From contig CAUYUJ010000081.1 of assembly GCA_963575745.1 (NCBI GenBank), forward strand, positions 620,001-670,526: a DNA stretch of 50,526 nt, read 5' to 3'. The first letter of the stretch is position 1. Each line of letters starts with the position of its first letter. The position numbers and the translations under genes are program-made. The notes below the pieces were generated by a model. That model was not told the DNA's origin. It saw only the letters and a list, made by a program, of their open reading frames with translations, and ran no database searches. Of this stretch, positions 1 to 12,185 are shown one piece after another. This DNA comes from Prorocentrum cordatum (lineage: Eukaryota).

Positions 1-304
1 GCCGCGCTCCTTTTTCTCTTGGCCGCGGCAGCCCGCACCTTAGTGGTGATGCGGCGGGCTACCTCAGAAGCAGGGCGCCAGACGGCCCAGGCGAACCGCC
101 CTCACCTCCCTCCGACGGCCGTCGGGGGCGTCACGTTGGACGCAGGAGGTGGCTTGGTCTGCCTGGTCGCTGGGTGCCGAGGTTGGCAAGCCGCAGCACT
201 CAGGCGCGCGCCCACTCCATGCATGCACTCCCAGCGCGCGCGACCTCCCACGCTGCACTGAATTTGCGGAGCTGATGGGCGTCCGAGGGCCCAGGGCACG
301 GGCA

Positions 305-1255
305 TCAGATACGACGGCGTAGCAAAGACTTTCCCCTGGCTCTCAACCGTCGCCCCTTCGCGCTGAGGCCGTGGCGCTCCAGCATGGCCACGCCATCCTG
401 GATGTAAATGCGAGCCGTGGACTGGTGCCTCCAACGGCCGCGAATCCATCTCTTGGAGAGACTTCCCGGGATCTTGAAGTGGTGGGCGGCCCCTCCCTCC
501 CCGGCGCAGCGAGCACGGCTTGCACCTATCAGGGTCGGCCCCAATGGACTGGACCAGTCTCCGGAAGGCACGGCGGAAGCAGCCCGTACCGCGGGGGCAC
601 AGCTGGGTGCCAGCTGGGCGCCCTTGCAACAGCTCGGCAAGGAGCACAACAGCCTCGAGCTCGTCGATGGCGACGCGCTCGGCGGTGCCTGACCTCTTAC
701 CCCCCTGGTGAAACCGAGGTTGAGGTGCACCACGCCACGGCCCAGGTCAAAGGTGCATTGCCCAGCTGTCAACATGCACTCGACGGGGCGAAGGATGCCG
801 TTGAAGCACACCAGTACTGCCGCAGCTGTCGCTTTGTCTCCTTCCTCTAGTGCAAAGCCTGCCATCGCCAGCGCCTGCTCGGGCAACAGCGGCCGAACAC
901 GGGAAGGGATTTCGGTCTTAGACCAGGTGCCGAACAGTCTCCAAGAATCGTTGAGACCTCTGCGCAAACTTGCAACAAAATGTTGGAGCCCCGACAACGC
1001 GACTCCCACCAAGCTCTTGGATTCTCCAGCCGCCCAACAATCCTCGAGATACTCCCCAAGAACCTCATCGGCGGCCGGGATCGAGACAGGCAAGGGCTCG
1101 CCAAGGCGCAGGAGCCACTGGAAAAATACATGTGTGGCCTCCAGATACCGCTGGACAGTGCGCGGTTGGAGCTGCAATTATCTCAGGGTTCCCGCTCTGC
1201 TTCGCTCATCCCTTCTCTGCCTCGTCCCGCCACTGAGCACTATGGCTGCCACCAT
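305..1255 (-). pseudogene. Tyrosine recombinase of DIRS element 1
   Basis: FNGILRP (catalytic R), SLRRGG (HxxR-equivalent box, read in the 102..647 frame) and RGRW...TARIY (catalytic Y). ATG at 1255 overlaps the pol end. In-frame TAA at 1178-1180; compensating frameshifts at ~705 and ~495. Confidence 0.9.
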
Positions 1256-4200
1256 ATGCTCGGAGCGTCGGCCGGATTGAGCTCCGACCGAACAAAGACC
1301 CAAAATGGGTGGCTGGACGTGGCTAGCAGGAGCGCGTTCAAGCGCATGAGGATGAACTGAAGCTGGCGGGACTGCGACCTACCCTTGCAGGCCACTGCTA
1401 CGGAAACCTGAGCATCACAGAAATGAATAAACCTCGTGCGCATGTTCGCACGGCCCCTCATACGCCAAGACACGGCGGCCAAGAGGGCTTGCAGCTCCAA
1501 GACGTTGATGCGCGCGCCTCCCTGCTTGAAGCTCAGGCAAGTGCGCCAGAGCCAGCGGTCTGCATCAACGCCTCTCCTTGGCCAACCCGCAGGCTTCCAG
1601 AGGCCTCCCGTCGCGGCACGCACATCGCTGCCCTTGAAGATGGCGTTCCGCACAAGTGACTCGCAAAGGGCGCGGTGCACTTGATCGGGGGTCGCCTCGG
1701 CGGCAGGCGCGTCCAGCAGCAACTCCAGGTAGAGGCTTCCGTCCCCACCTGGGGCCCCCCAGCACTCGGCGACAGTCGGCGGCTCGCTCAAGACTCCAGC
1801 GGCCACCAAACCTCTTCCAAGCAGGAAGGCTACCACCGGGACTGAGAAGGAGTCACCCAGCAGCGAGCACTTGACGTCCTCGTCGATCGACCCCGACTCG
1901 GACTTGGGCACGGCCCAGCTGCAATGGTTCCAGGGAAACCCTAGGCGCACAGCCCGCTCTCTGCTGGTCAGAGGTCGGAGCTTGTGCTTGGCGCCCGACT
2001 CCCAAGTCCTCGCCGAAGCGGCGGATGCCTCGACCAGGTTGTCCCTGCGGTACTGGCACGGCGGGTAGCGGTACTTGTCCGCCGCCCAGCGCTCGCGCGC
2101 AGCCTGGTCGGCCACCCCCAGCCCCGCTGGGGAAGGTGGCGGCCTCTCGCGAGGGATGGAGCGCACAAGGGTGGCCCACGCTCCCTTCTCTCCCCGCGAA
2201 CGGCGCGCGCCCTGCTCGAGCTGCTCTGCCCAACTCGGCCAGCTGCCAGTGAGCACTGCCTCGATGACCTCGTCCTCCTGCTGGCACTGGAACTCCGAGG
2301 TCCCGGGCCAGAGCGGCCAGTCGACCCAGTAGAGCCTCGGCCGCTTGACGGGACTGCACCCGCCGGCACAGAGCTCCACGGGCACGACTCCCATGACCTG
2401 GCTGAAGATTCCCCTGTCGGCGGCCGTCATCGAGCTGACGTTCTCGCCCAGGGCGAATACCTGGACATCGGGGAGGGCGGCTCGCACAAGGCCTGCTACG
2501 CGAGGTAGCTCTTGCACCAGTCGCGCGCGGTCCTCGGCCCAACCCTGCCCAAAGGCGTTGATGCGAGCGACTCCCTGGCACGGGGATCCCCCCAGCACGA
2601 ACACGACGCGCAAGTGGGGCGCCTTCGACATCACGGCCTTGATGGACTTCAGCGTTATCTTGGTCACGTCTCCGAGTTCTATCGCTGACGGCCACTGCTG
2701 ATGGCTGACGCGCCGAGCCTCGGGCAGCAGCTCTGCGGTGGCGTGGGCGGCGACCTCAATCCCCAGGCGGTCGAAGGCCATCCTGCCGCCCCCGACGCCG
2801 CTGAAGAGCTCCACCAGTCCGCCCTCGTCTCTCCCGGCTGCACGACCCTGGCAGAGGTCGGCCAGCGACGGGGCGACGGCTGACTGGCGAAGCTTGTCGC
2901 TCCAGCACACGCCCCCACCGGTCTCTGAGGCGCCACTGCAGGCGACCATCGGGGCGACTGGGCATCTCAGATCGAACTGATGCAACGGGAGGAGGCAGAG
3001 CGCCAGGAAGAACTCCGCGCTCACAGCTGGAGACAGATACTGCCGAGGCGGCCCCGTCCAGGCGTTGATCAGCTTCCAGACGCGCGTGAAGACGCAGGAG
3101 CACTCCCGACGGAAGCAGTCGAGGTGGCACCAGTGCCCTGCCACCACCTGCACGTCCTTCCTGCTGACCTTGGAGCACAGAAGGTGCAGCGTCAGCTGCA
3201 CCGCCAGCCCTGCTCTAGCCGCGGGGACAACGACTCTCCCGTCACGGCCGTCAATACAGGCGCCCAGGCGCTGGCAGTGGCTGACTCTGGCGCCGTTCTT
3301 CTCGCTGAGAGGGACATCGAGGGCGCGGTACTTGGCACGAGCCGCCTGGGCGAAGCGCCCATCGTCACCGCTCTCCTCGACTTGACTCCCCTCGGCGGAG
3401 TGGGTCTCGCACGCACGCCGCTCGACCTTCTCCGCGTAGTCGGCGTCGTCGCAATACACTGCCAGACATCGCGCATGTCTCCCCCACCTCGCAAGGCTGG
3501 CACTCCGCGGTCCTTGCGAATCTCCCTCGCCTGCGGAAGGCCGAGGGGGGGGCTGCAGGCCCTGCACCAGCATGCGGCGGTGCAGGTACTGGACGAGCCC
3601 CATCGCGTTATTGTACCCCATGGGCATCGTGACCGCCCCGAGGTAGACGCTGCTCGGCAAGCGCCCCTGCAGCCCGAGCCCCTGAGGCGTGAACTTGACG
3701 TCGAACGCGAACAGCGGCGCCCAGCACTTTGGGAGCCTGAACAGGTAGAAGGCGCCCTTGAGGTCGTCGAAGGACCACGTGAGCTCCTCACCTGGGCCGA
3801 TGATGAGCGAGCGCCACTGTGCGAAGTAGGAAAGCGCCGCAATGTCCCCCTCGAAGTCGACAGTGAGGGCGTTGGTCGCCGTCAAGTTCATGATGAGCCT
3901 CAAGGTCCCAGGGTCACCATTCGGCGAGGGCTCTCCCTTCGGGACCCCTCAAAGCCCGTTCAGAAGGGGCTGCCCCGCCACTGTGATGAGGTCCTGCTCT
4001 CGAAGCGGCACCACCAGCCCACACGCGAGGAGACCTCTCCCTAGGGGAATGCGCGACGGCGGCTCACATATCACCCGGCCTGGACGTGGTCTCTCGCTGA
4101 CTGACTCCAGCGGCACCAACGTGAGCTCGGGGCGACTGAACCACTCCTGCACCCTGGTGTCGCACAGGGTCATGACGTCCAGCGATGCGCATCGCGCAAG

Positions 4201-4900
4201 CGGTGGCAAGCTCGGCAGCACTCGGGACCATGAGAAGTCCTCTGCCTTCCTGGCAACCTCCCCGGTGTAGGTGACCTGCCTGGCCGTCAGGAAAGTGGCG
4301 GCAGTCTGCTCGGGCCTGCTGCCAGGAAAGACTCAACCGTCCTCTCCAGGTTCCAAAACATTTGGACCTGGGTGCCACTCGGCTTCGCGCCTTTCCTCTT
4401 GACTCCGCTGGATGCGTCGCCTGGCCAGCAAGAGCGCCGCGCCGACCACGCGGTGTTAAGTGCTCGCATGACCAGCTCGAGCCAGACCTCCAGCCCGCCA
4501 TGGATAGGGTGGGCTCGGTGGCGGCCCACGTCGCCCCCCTCACGCTCGAGCTGCCTGTAGGCTGCAGTCTGCCTGTACTCCTCGCTCCACCCGCTCTCTC
4601 ACCCGACAGCCATCGGCATGGAGCCGCGGCCGCGCGAGGCCGCCGCGCTGCAACCGACCCCTGCCGACGCCCTGAGGGGGAGGCAGCGGGCGAGGAGGGG
4701 GCCAATGGCTGGCAGTCCCAGGCCCGACAGCTCGGCTGGATCGATCAGCCCTCGAAGGGCCTCAAGCCCAGGGCACGCCTGGCCACCGCGCTGGGCTGCT
4801 GGCGTGGAGCAGCCAGGCGCCCGAGCTCGGTCCGTCTCCGCCACCTCTCGCGGCGCCCTGATGGGTGCGAGCGAGGCGGCGGGGGGGGCCCTCAGCGGTC
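1240..4900 (-). pseudogene. DIRS pol: reverse transcriptase plus RNase H split by a DNMT domain
   Basis: RT motifs YTGEV, LNGL*GVPK (TGA 3949-3951), RLIMNL, DLKGAFYLF, MPMG and YCDD (3445-3456). RNase H motifs ACS(G)ASETGGG (~2910-2945), INVLEL (1492-1509), FCDAQV and SELNPADAPS. The upstream part is frameshifted and the start is approximate. Confidence 0.9.
1810..2820 (-). CDS. C5-cytosine DNA methyltransferase domain, Dnmt3-like, in frame within pol
   Basis: Motif I ELFSGVGGG (~2785-2811), IV GGSPCQ (2575-2592), VI ENV (2437-2445), VIII RPRLYW (2326-2343), IX LTSRERAVRLGFP and X LLGDSFSVPVV (compare Dnmt3 LLGRSWSVPVI). No stop or visible frameshift in this span. Confidence 0.92.
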
Positions 4901-7312
4901 CTTCTTCTTGTTGGCCTGGCGAAGGGCGAACCAATACTGAGGGGGGCCCTTCCTCGGTTCCTTGCCCTTGCCTGGCCCCGAGCCCTTGCCTTTCCCACTG
5001 GATCTGCCCCTGGCATTCGGCTTGCCCTTGCCTCTGCCCTTGGGCCTCGCCTTCGGCGGCGGCGAGGGGGTCCGCACTTGCCGTGCGCCGCCACGGGGTG
5101 CGCGATCGCGATCGCCCTCCTGGGACAACTCCTCCCCGTCCGATCCAACGTGGGCCGCAGGGCTCGCAGGGTTGCACCGCTTCCTCCTCGGCGGGGACTC
5201 CGAGAAGCGAACCTTGTCTCCTCCACGGTTGTCGCCCGAGGGACTGCGGTCGGCCGAGGTCGCGTCTCTTGCTGGCGTCAGTGCGACACGCCCTGCGGGA
5301 CTGCGCTCTCGAGAGCCGACCCCCCAAGCTGCCGGCCTCAGCTCGACACCACGGCTTCCTCCAGGGCCTTCCGACCCTGACCGCGGGGGCACTCCGATCA
5401 CTGCCGGCTCCCCCGCGGGCGCTTGTCAATACTGGCCACGGTTCGACCCGACCTGGCCCTCCAGCTTGCGGTAGTGCATGTCCCTCTTCTCGTCCCTGAG
5501 GAAGGCTTCGCGCTCGCGATCGTCCGCGATGCTGACGCGACCGTCGCCGACCACCGAGGCATGCCGAGCCACCTTCCACGTGCCCCCGTCGGCGTGGAGC
5601 TGCTCGATGGACTTGCACTGCTGGATCAGCACGTCCGTGGCAGCCCCCAGATCGGCTTCGAGAACTGCGTCGACCGCTGTTGCCAGCGTGCGCATCTCGA
5701 GCTCGTTGCGAGCGCGAAGCTTGCCCTGGCAGCTCGGCAGGTACACGCTGGCGAAGTCGTTCAGCATGCACGGCGCCGTGTCGCCCTCGACCGCGCGCCC
5801 CTTGCTGACGAGGTAGCTGCGCGTCTTCGCCAAGGCGCGCTCCGTGATAACGCCCGGCATCCTCTCCACAAGGCGTTTGGCCATGTCGCGCGCGGAGAGG
5901 CGGGCGTCGCGAAAACGCTTCGACGACGACCCCTCACTCGACGCACCGCCGTCAGACTCCTCGCGGCGCTTCTTCTTCTCGCGCTTCGCCTTGCGCGGAG
6001 GCGAGCCGCGAGAGCTTCCACCTCCGCCTGCAGAGCTGCCACCCTGAGAGCCGGTGCCTCTCGACTCGGCCTTGTCCGGGATCTTGCCGCTAAGGCTGGC
6101 GCGGCCCTCGGCAGGCGCACTGGGCGCTCTGTCGCGGGCCTTCTCCCGGCGAGGCGAGCGGCCCCTCTCAGCACTCTTTGCCTCGACCAGGGCTCCTCGC
6201 CCCCCCTCGTCCTCGGGGCTGTTGGAGCGGATCCTCGCTGGCGCAGACCGCAGCCCCCCGCCCCTGCCTGCGGGGCGGCCGCGCTGGGCAGCACGCTCGC
6301 GCAGCTCGCCCAGCCGCGCGCTCAGCCCTCGATCGCGGGCGCGAGGCGACGCGCCACCTCCAAGCCCCTCGCGGCGGGCGTCCGACTTGGAGCCGTCGGC
6401 GCCCGTCCCGCGCTCTCCCCGATGACCAGGGGGTGGCCCAGGGGGCGAGCTCCGCTTCGCTGGCCTGCCCTGCACGCGCCTGGCGTCCGCGATGGCCTGG
6501 TCCCCCTGGTCGCGCGTGAGCTCCTCGCCTGCGCAGCCGCGGAACGGCAGCGCGGCGCAGCGCCAGCGACCCACGCGCAGAACCTGCGCGTCGACCAGGT
6601 CCTCGCCCACGCGGCACTCGTCGGCATGAACCGCCACCGAGCAGAAAAGCAGCACTGGAGTCCTCACCGGATCGTCGAACGCCACGGCGAGCTCCCTCCG
6701 CTGGGCGGGCATCTCCGCGCCCATGTAGGCGGCCTCCCAAAGAGGCGGGGACTCGCCGCACATCGGGTCGGGAACCGTGCGGTCGTCCTGCGCTGCCTGA
6801 CCGAGCACCTTGAACGTCGCCAGCCCGTCCATCTCGACCTCGATGATCGGCGGCTGGCCCTTCCTCGGGCCCGACGTGGCAGCCGACGGCCAGGTCTCGC
6901 CCTGATACCACTCACCAGCTGGGCGGCCCGCTTCGTGACGTGAGTCGGCTGCGATGTCGTCGTCGCCATGAAGGCCAGCAGCCGCTCGGTCGCCAGGCGC
7001 GAGGTGCTCGCCCTTGCGCGACCCACGCCCACCCGAGCGGGAGCGCCGCAGCGCAGACTGGCGGAGCCCTGAGGCTGAACCCCGCCGTCCGCCTCGGCTG
7101 CCTCCGCGGCCCCCTCCGCCCCCGCCGCCTCTCGGCTTGGTGACGCCGCCGTCGGGGCGCGGTGGCGGGTGGCCGCGGGAGCGGACTCGGCCTCCGCGCG
7201 CGACGTCGGGCTTGCGCTCGCCTCGCATGGCCCTCGGCGCCAGCGAGGCTGGGCGGCGCAGCGCGGCCGAGCCACGCCGCGCTGCGGCCGCAGGCCGCCT
7301 CTTGGGTGCCAT
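4892..7312 (-). pseudogene. Gag-like ORF1 of DIRS element 1
   Basis: Starts MAPKRRPAA at 7312. Contains EMRTLATAVDAVLE..AATDVLIQQCKSIE..GTWKVA, which resembles dinoflagellate DIRS gag, and a KGKGKG-rich tail. ORFs 5426..7555 and 4892..5401 share a frame and are separated by one TGA (5426-5428). Confidence 0.75.
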
Positions 7313-7565
7313 GGCCCAAGCCTCTCCGCCTGCCGCGGCTCGCGCTCCCGACAGGGGACAGGGATCCACGGCTCCTCCTGCTGAGCCGCGAGCCGCGCGG
7401 CAGCGGGCCTCCCCATGGGGGGGTCTCGCCCGCAGGCGGAAGAATCGCCCGCGCGCGGGCGCGGATCGCGCCCCCGCGCACGGGCCGCACCTTGTTTGAA
7501 CCCAAACAACTGCGGTCGCGGAGGTGGGAGGGAGAGCACTCGCACGAATCTGCATGAATGACGGA

Positions 7566-9066
7566 CTGCACCGCGAGGGTTACGACCCAGGGGGTAAAAT
7601 GTATACACTGAACCTGTTCCCGAGGGAGAGGAGCCACCTTCGCGTCGGACAGCGCGACGGAGAGGAAAAGGGTGCAAGACGCATCACTGGAAGGAGCGAA
7701 AGGTGATAGTCAGGCAACAAGTCGGCCTGTTGCACTTCAGTCCTTTCGTAGCGGGGCTCATCAAGGAGAACTAATAGCAGCGCTTGGGCTGCGATCCAGG
7801 GCTTCTGAGGCCGGCCCCAAACCTGCGATGTGGGTGTGGAGGGCCACATGATGAGAAGGAAGCGGAGGCAGGTTTACTAAGCGGGGCCAAATCCTTTGGG
7901 GGGCCGAAGTACGTTCATTGCGCGGCTGTAAAAGGAGGGTAGCCTGTATCAGGGTCACCCAAGGGTGACTAGCAATGCTGGAGCTGCGACCCTGGCTTTT
8001 CAAGGCGTAGCCTAAACCTGCATGAGAGAGTGATGGCCACCAGCGCGTCGGATCCGCGACGGGAAAAAAAAGGGGGTGTCAGGCGCATTAGAGATGAGAG
8101 TAGATCGGCTGCTGGCGCGCGACCTTCGCACTCGCGGGCAGATTGTTCACGCGCAGGGTGTAGCACATAAAGAGTCTACCTGATGCACATGATTAGTATC
8201 AAGTACGTGCGGGCTGGTAGACTGGCCTGTGGGGGTAAAGGCTGGCCTGGAGGCATCACTGCTTAACTCAGCAAGTACGATATGTCATCTGCTGGGTGCG
8301 TTGGCAGCATAACATTAGGCATGATGGGGTCGCGCCCTGCGGGGGGGGGGGGGGCCAAGTGCGCATTGAATGCGACAGAAGTAACTTGCAATGCTAGGGC
8401 TGCGACCTAGGGCTTAAAAAGTGTACCCTGAGACTGCTCTTGGGGGAGAGGAACCGCCAGCGCGTCAGACCTGGTGACGGAGAAAAGACGGGTGCAAGTC
8501 GCATCAGTGGAAGGAGCGAGGTGATAATCGGGCAAAGAGTCGCCCCGATGCACTGCAGCCCATTCGCAGCGGGGCCCATCAATGAAAAGGAATAGTAATG
8601 CTCGGGCTGCGACCCAAGGTTTTTGAGGCGGACCCCGCACCTGCGACGCGGGCGTGGAGGACCACATGATAAGAAGGAAGCGGGGGCAAGTTCACTGAGC
8701 GGGGCCATGCCCTCCTGGGGGCCCAAGTACGTACAGTGCGCGGCTGTAGAAGGAGGGCAGCCTGCATCAGGGTCCCCAAAGGGTGACTAGCAATGCTGGA
8801 GCTGCGACCCTGGCTTTTCAAGGCGTAGCCTAAACCTGCATGAGAGAGCGATGGCCACCAGCGAGTCGGATCCGCGACAAGGAAAAGGCGGGGTGCCGGG
8901 CGCGTCAGAGACACGAATAGGTCGGCCGCTGGTGCGCCACGCACTCGCGGGCAGATTGCTCACGCGCAAGGTGTAGCACATAAAGACTCGGCCTGATGCG
9001 CACGAGCCCACTCGCAGTGGGGCTTGTCTTGCAAATGAACTAGCAACGCTTGGGCTGCGACCTAGC
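7566..9066. repeat. Diverged ~200-bp tandem array with a conserved 26-nt motif and an ~818-bp higher-order duplication
   Basis: TAGCAAYGCTNGRGCTGCGACCYWGG-like motif at 7566, 7775, 7970, 8386, 8593, 8788 and 9041, with a weak copy at ~8316. 7566-8190 aligns with 8386-9005. Confidence 0.85.
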
Positions 9067-12000
9067 AAGGCAAAATACAATGAGGCAGCAAGGGCATGAA
9101 CCATGCGCCAGCCATGCGGCGAAGTACAGCTAGAGGACAGAAATGCATTGACTCTTCGTGAATCGATCGCAATAACCGATGAACGAACCGAACGATGAAA
9201 GAGCGAAGTACACGCGCAAGAATTCGCGGCCGGCCTCGCGGCGCCTTCGTCGTAGAACAAAGGTGAGCGCAGGCGGCCGTCGAACAAGGAGTAGCGCTGC
9301 AGTGCCAGGCGCTACCCTGGCCCTCCACCCCTCCACATCTCCCACCCCGCCCTCCAAAGTTAATCTAGGCACGCAGTAACTAATAGCGCGTGGGTGCGGC
9401 AAGAACAAACATAGAAAGCGACGTAAACATGCGCAGCGAGGCACGCAGATCATAGCGACGCTAGCGGCATGCAATCCGGCGGAAATGTAATGCACTACAG
9501 CGAGCCGCTGCTGGAAGTCCAGTCGGACGAACCAAGTGGCGATCCCCCTACCGACATGCCAAAATGGCAGTTAGCAACAAACATCAGCATGACGGGCAAA
9601 GAGCGAGATGCTGCGAGAAGGTGAGGGCGTTGAAACTGCGGCCCCTTGCGTCGCGCAGGGCCCCTGAGCAAGGGGGGGCCGCGCGCAGAGACCCAAGGCG
9701 GGATGCCTCCGAGTGCCTCCCCGCCCACCTCATGACACCCAGCGCCCAGCCACGCCAACCCCGACCCCGACCCCTCTCTAAAGCCAGAATCATCATCACA
9801 AATGCTCACGACAGCTGACGATCAGTAGAGGAGGGAAAACTGCTGGCTGTAGCTGCCATGATTGGGCTGGCTGGCCAGGCCAGTACTGGCTGGCCTTTTT
9901 GTTGGGCAAGAGGTATGCGATCGGGAGGGCTGAACATGTCAAACTCGCTGAGGTTCGCGATCGAATGGCTGGCCTGTGATGCCACCAGCAGCATCTGATT
10001 GGCACGCGGCGGGCAGCGCGAACCAGCGAAACGCGCCATTATTCCCCATCTTCCCCCTGCCCCGCCATGAGCGCAAGCGATCGCAACGATGGCCTAAAAA
10101 ATGAAATTGCATTGGGCTGCCGAGCCGCACAGCTGAGGACGGTTGCGCAAACTTGCACGGGCTGGCACCAAGTATGGCTGGCCGATTATGGTTCACTGTA
10201 AACTCTGGCCGGCCTGCCGCTGGCAATGCAAAAGGGGCATGGTTGCATCGGCAAGCCTCCTCGCCCCTCTTCTCCAGATCCACGCGCGCCTCCACCCGCG
10301 CGTCAAATGCTCGAGCCATCGCGGCGCCGGCGGGGACTGTAAAGGCTGGCCTGCGAAGCTGGAACATGATGATGGAGGGCGCCAATGCGGGCAAGCGGGG
10401 AAAACATCAAAGCCAGGCAGAATAACGCACTTTGAACCGTGCAGAGACAAGGTTGGTCTAGACAGTAACATACAAGGCTGGTCAGATCAGCGCTGACTGG
10501 CCGAGTAAGAGCAGCAGTTTGACATGTCACTCTGGCCTCGTTAGGCTTCCAGGTAGCCAGCAGTGGGCCCGCTCCTCGGTCTCTCGGCCAAGGGGCTCAC
10601 CTTCGCCGCCCCGTAGCCAGGTGGGAGGCAGGAAATAGAGGCTGCAGAGGCCAAAGAAGAAGGCGCACTACAGTTGCCGAGTGCGGCCGTCGTCGTCGTT
10701 GCCCAGTCGTATTTCATGCCATCGTCGTAGTCATGTCAAAAGTGGAGTGGAGCTATTAAGATACTGGGATGGTGGTTTGTTTGGTAAGTTCGTTCAAAGT
10801 TGCCGTGGGCGTACTGGGCACGGCGGAAAAAGTGCGCGTTGGTTAGTTGGCCTGCTAATCTGGAGTCTTTAGTTTGCCTGTTGCGCAGTGCGAAGTCTTG
10901 GACCCCTCAACCTGACTCTCTCTGCGGTGCTTCGTCTAGTCGAGGTCGCGCAGGCGAAAGGCGCGCGTCTGATTGCTCGGCGCCCCCGAGCACGAGGCAC
11001 GCGGTCGGCCCCGCCGGTGGCAGCTGGAAGGACGACGGCGGCGCAGCTCCTGCGCCCGGTTCAAGCGGCGGGCCGGGCAGCGCGCGCGGGCAGGAGTTGC
11101 CGATGGAGCACTCGCGATTGCACTCGTCAAAGAGCCTGTGCCAACAATGCAAACGTAAGTGGTCCTTCGGGAATCGGCGCGCATAAGTGTTGTCGTTCTC
11201 CCAATGGTAGACTGCGTGGTGCCAGCTTTCCTGGTCGCTGTCTCCGCGGCCGCCGTCGTCTCTGGCTCTGTGCGCCTTCCCATCCTGGTGGACAGCGAAT
11301 GTTGCGCACTTGGCTGGGAGTTGGTGATGCTAGTGCGAAGGGCAAGGAGACGCTTCTGTAGTCGTCTCAACTGTTTCCCTGGTCACTGTCGCCCTCGTCT
11401 GCACGCGGTTCAATAATGTGTTGCATAGCTTGAGCCGCTGTTTGCGCCGTAGCAGCTCCATAATCGCCCCACGGATTGGTAAGTTAGCACAGGTTGCATG
11501 GGATTCACTATTGGGATTGCGGCAGGTGTTGGCATTCCCGGCTTGCACGGCGGCGTCGGTTGGCGCGCTGGTGGAAGCCGCGGTCGGTCGCGGTTGCCCT
11601 CGGGTGGTTTTGGTCTGAAGTCGATGCGAGGTCCTCGGTATGAACTGGCGCGGAGGTGGTGGCTATGTATGTCCTGTGCATTCCTTGCGTAACTTGTCCT
11701 GGAAAACGTCCTCGACTAGCTCATGTTGTCGTCGTTCTTCGAGTCGCTGCTGCATCCGATCGCAGCGCACGTGATCTCAGTCGATGTTTTCGGGATGCCG
11801 CTAATTTGGGTGGGAGATGTGGCATGTGCATCGCAGGTGTGCATCGTATGGCCAGGGTTATCACTGGTATCCTGTGGCACCATGGATATATGTTCTCTAC
11901 TGGCATACGCGAGAGCCCCCCGATCGCTGGCGGCCACTTGGGGTTGACGGACGCAAGCGCCGGTAGCTCGCAGTGCATTGGTGGCAGCGTGGGCTGGCGC

Positions 12001-12185
12001 CTTGACGGCGGCTGCATCGCTGCACCTGTCCACTCGTTTAGCATCTTGGTAATGTAGCTCGGTGTTTCTCAGAGTTCCACGTAGCATTGCCGATCGTACG
12101 AGGTTGCTGGAGTGACGTGTCTGCGGGCCCTGGCAACGATTGATGTGGTCCCTGGAGGGCGCGGAGCTGCTGCTCCTGATGCGTA

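Larger units (their letters stand above)
1..7560 (-). mobile_element. DIRS-type tyrosine-recombinase retrotransposon carrying a Dnmt3-like C5 DNA methyltransferase (decayed; 3' end probably outside window)
   Basis: Minus-strand order gag (7312-4892), pol with RT/RNase H/DNMT (~4900-1240), tyrosine recombinase (1255-305). No integrase or protease seen. Terminal repeats were not identified, so both ends are approximate. Confidence 0.92.

Noticed and set aside
305..2820. Bacterial or phage integrase plus restriction-modification methylase (contamination)
   Set aside because: Both are embedded in a gag-RT-RNase H DIRS layout amid eukaryotic microsatellites.
2980..6943. Long plus-strand ORFs (354 aa, 506 aa and others)
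   Set aside because: Antisense shadows of GC-rich DIRS coding sequence with no motifs.
7566..9066. CRISPR array
   Set aside because: Spacers are 170-390 bp and related to one another, the repeats are degenerate, there are no cas genes, and the context is eukaryotic.
9556..10620. Partial spliced-leader matches (GCCATTTTGGC on the minus strand at ~9558; CCGTAGCCA at 10611)
   Set aside because: Only 9-11 nt, lacking the CTCAAG end; no SL RNA gene structure.
9100..12180. Possible gene or LINE remnant
   Set aside because: Non-repetitive, but I found no recognisable domain in any frame.
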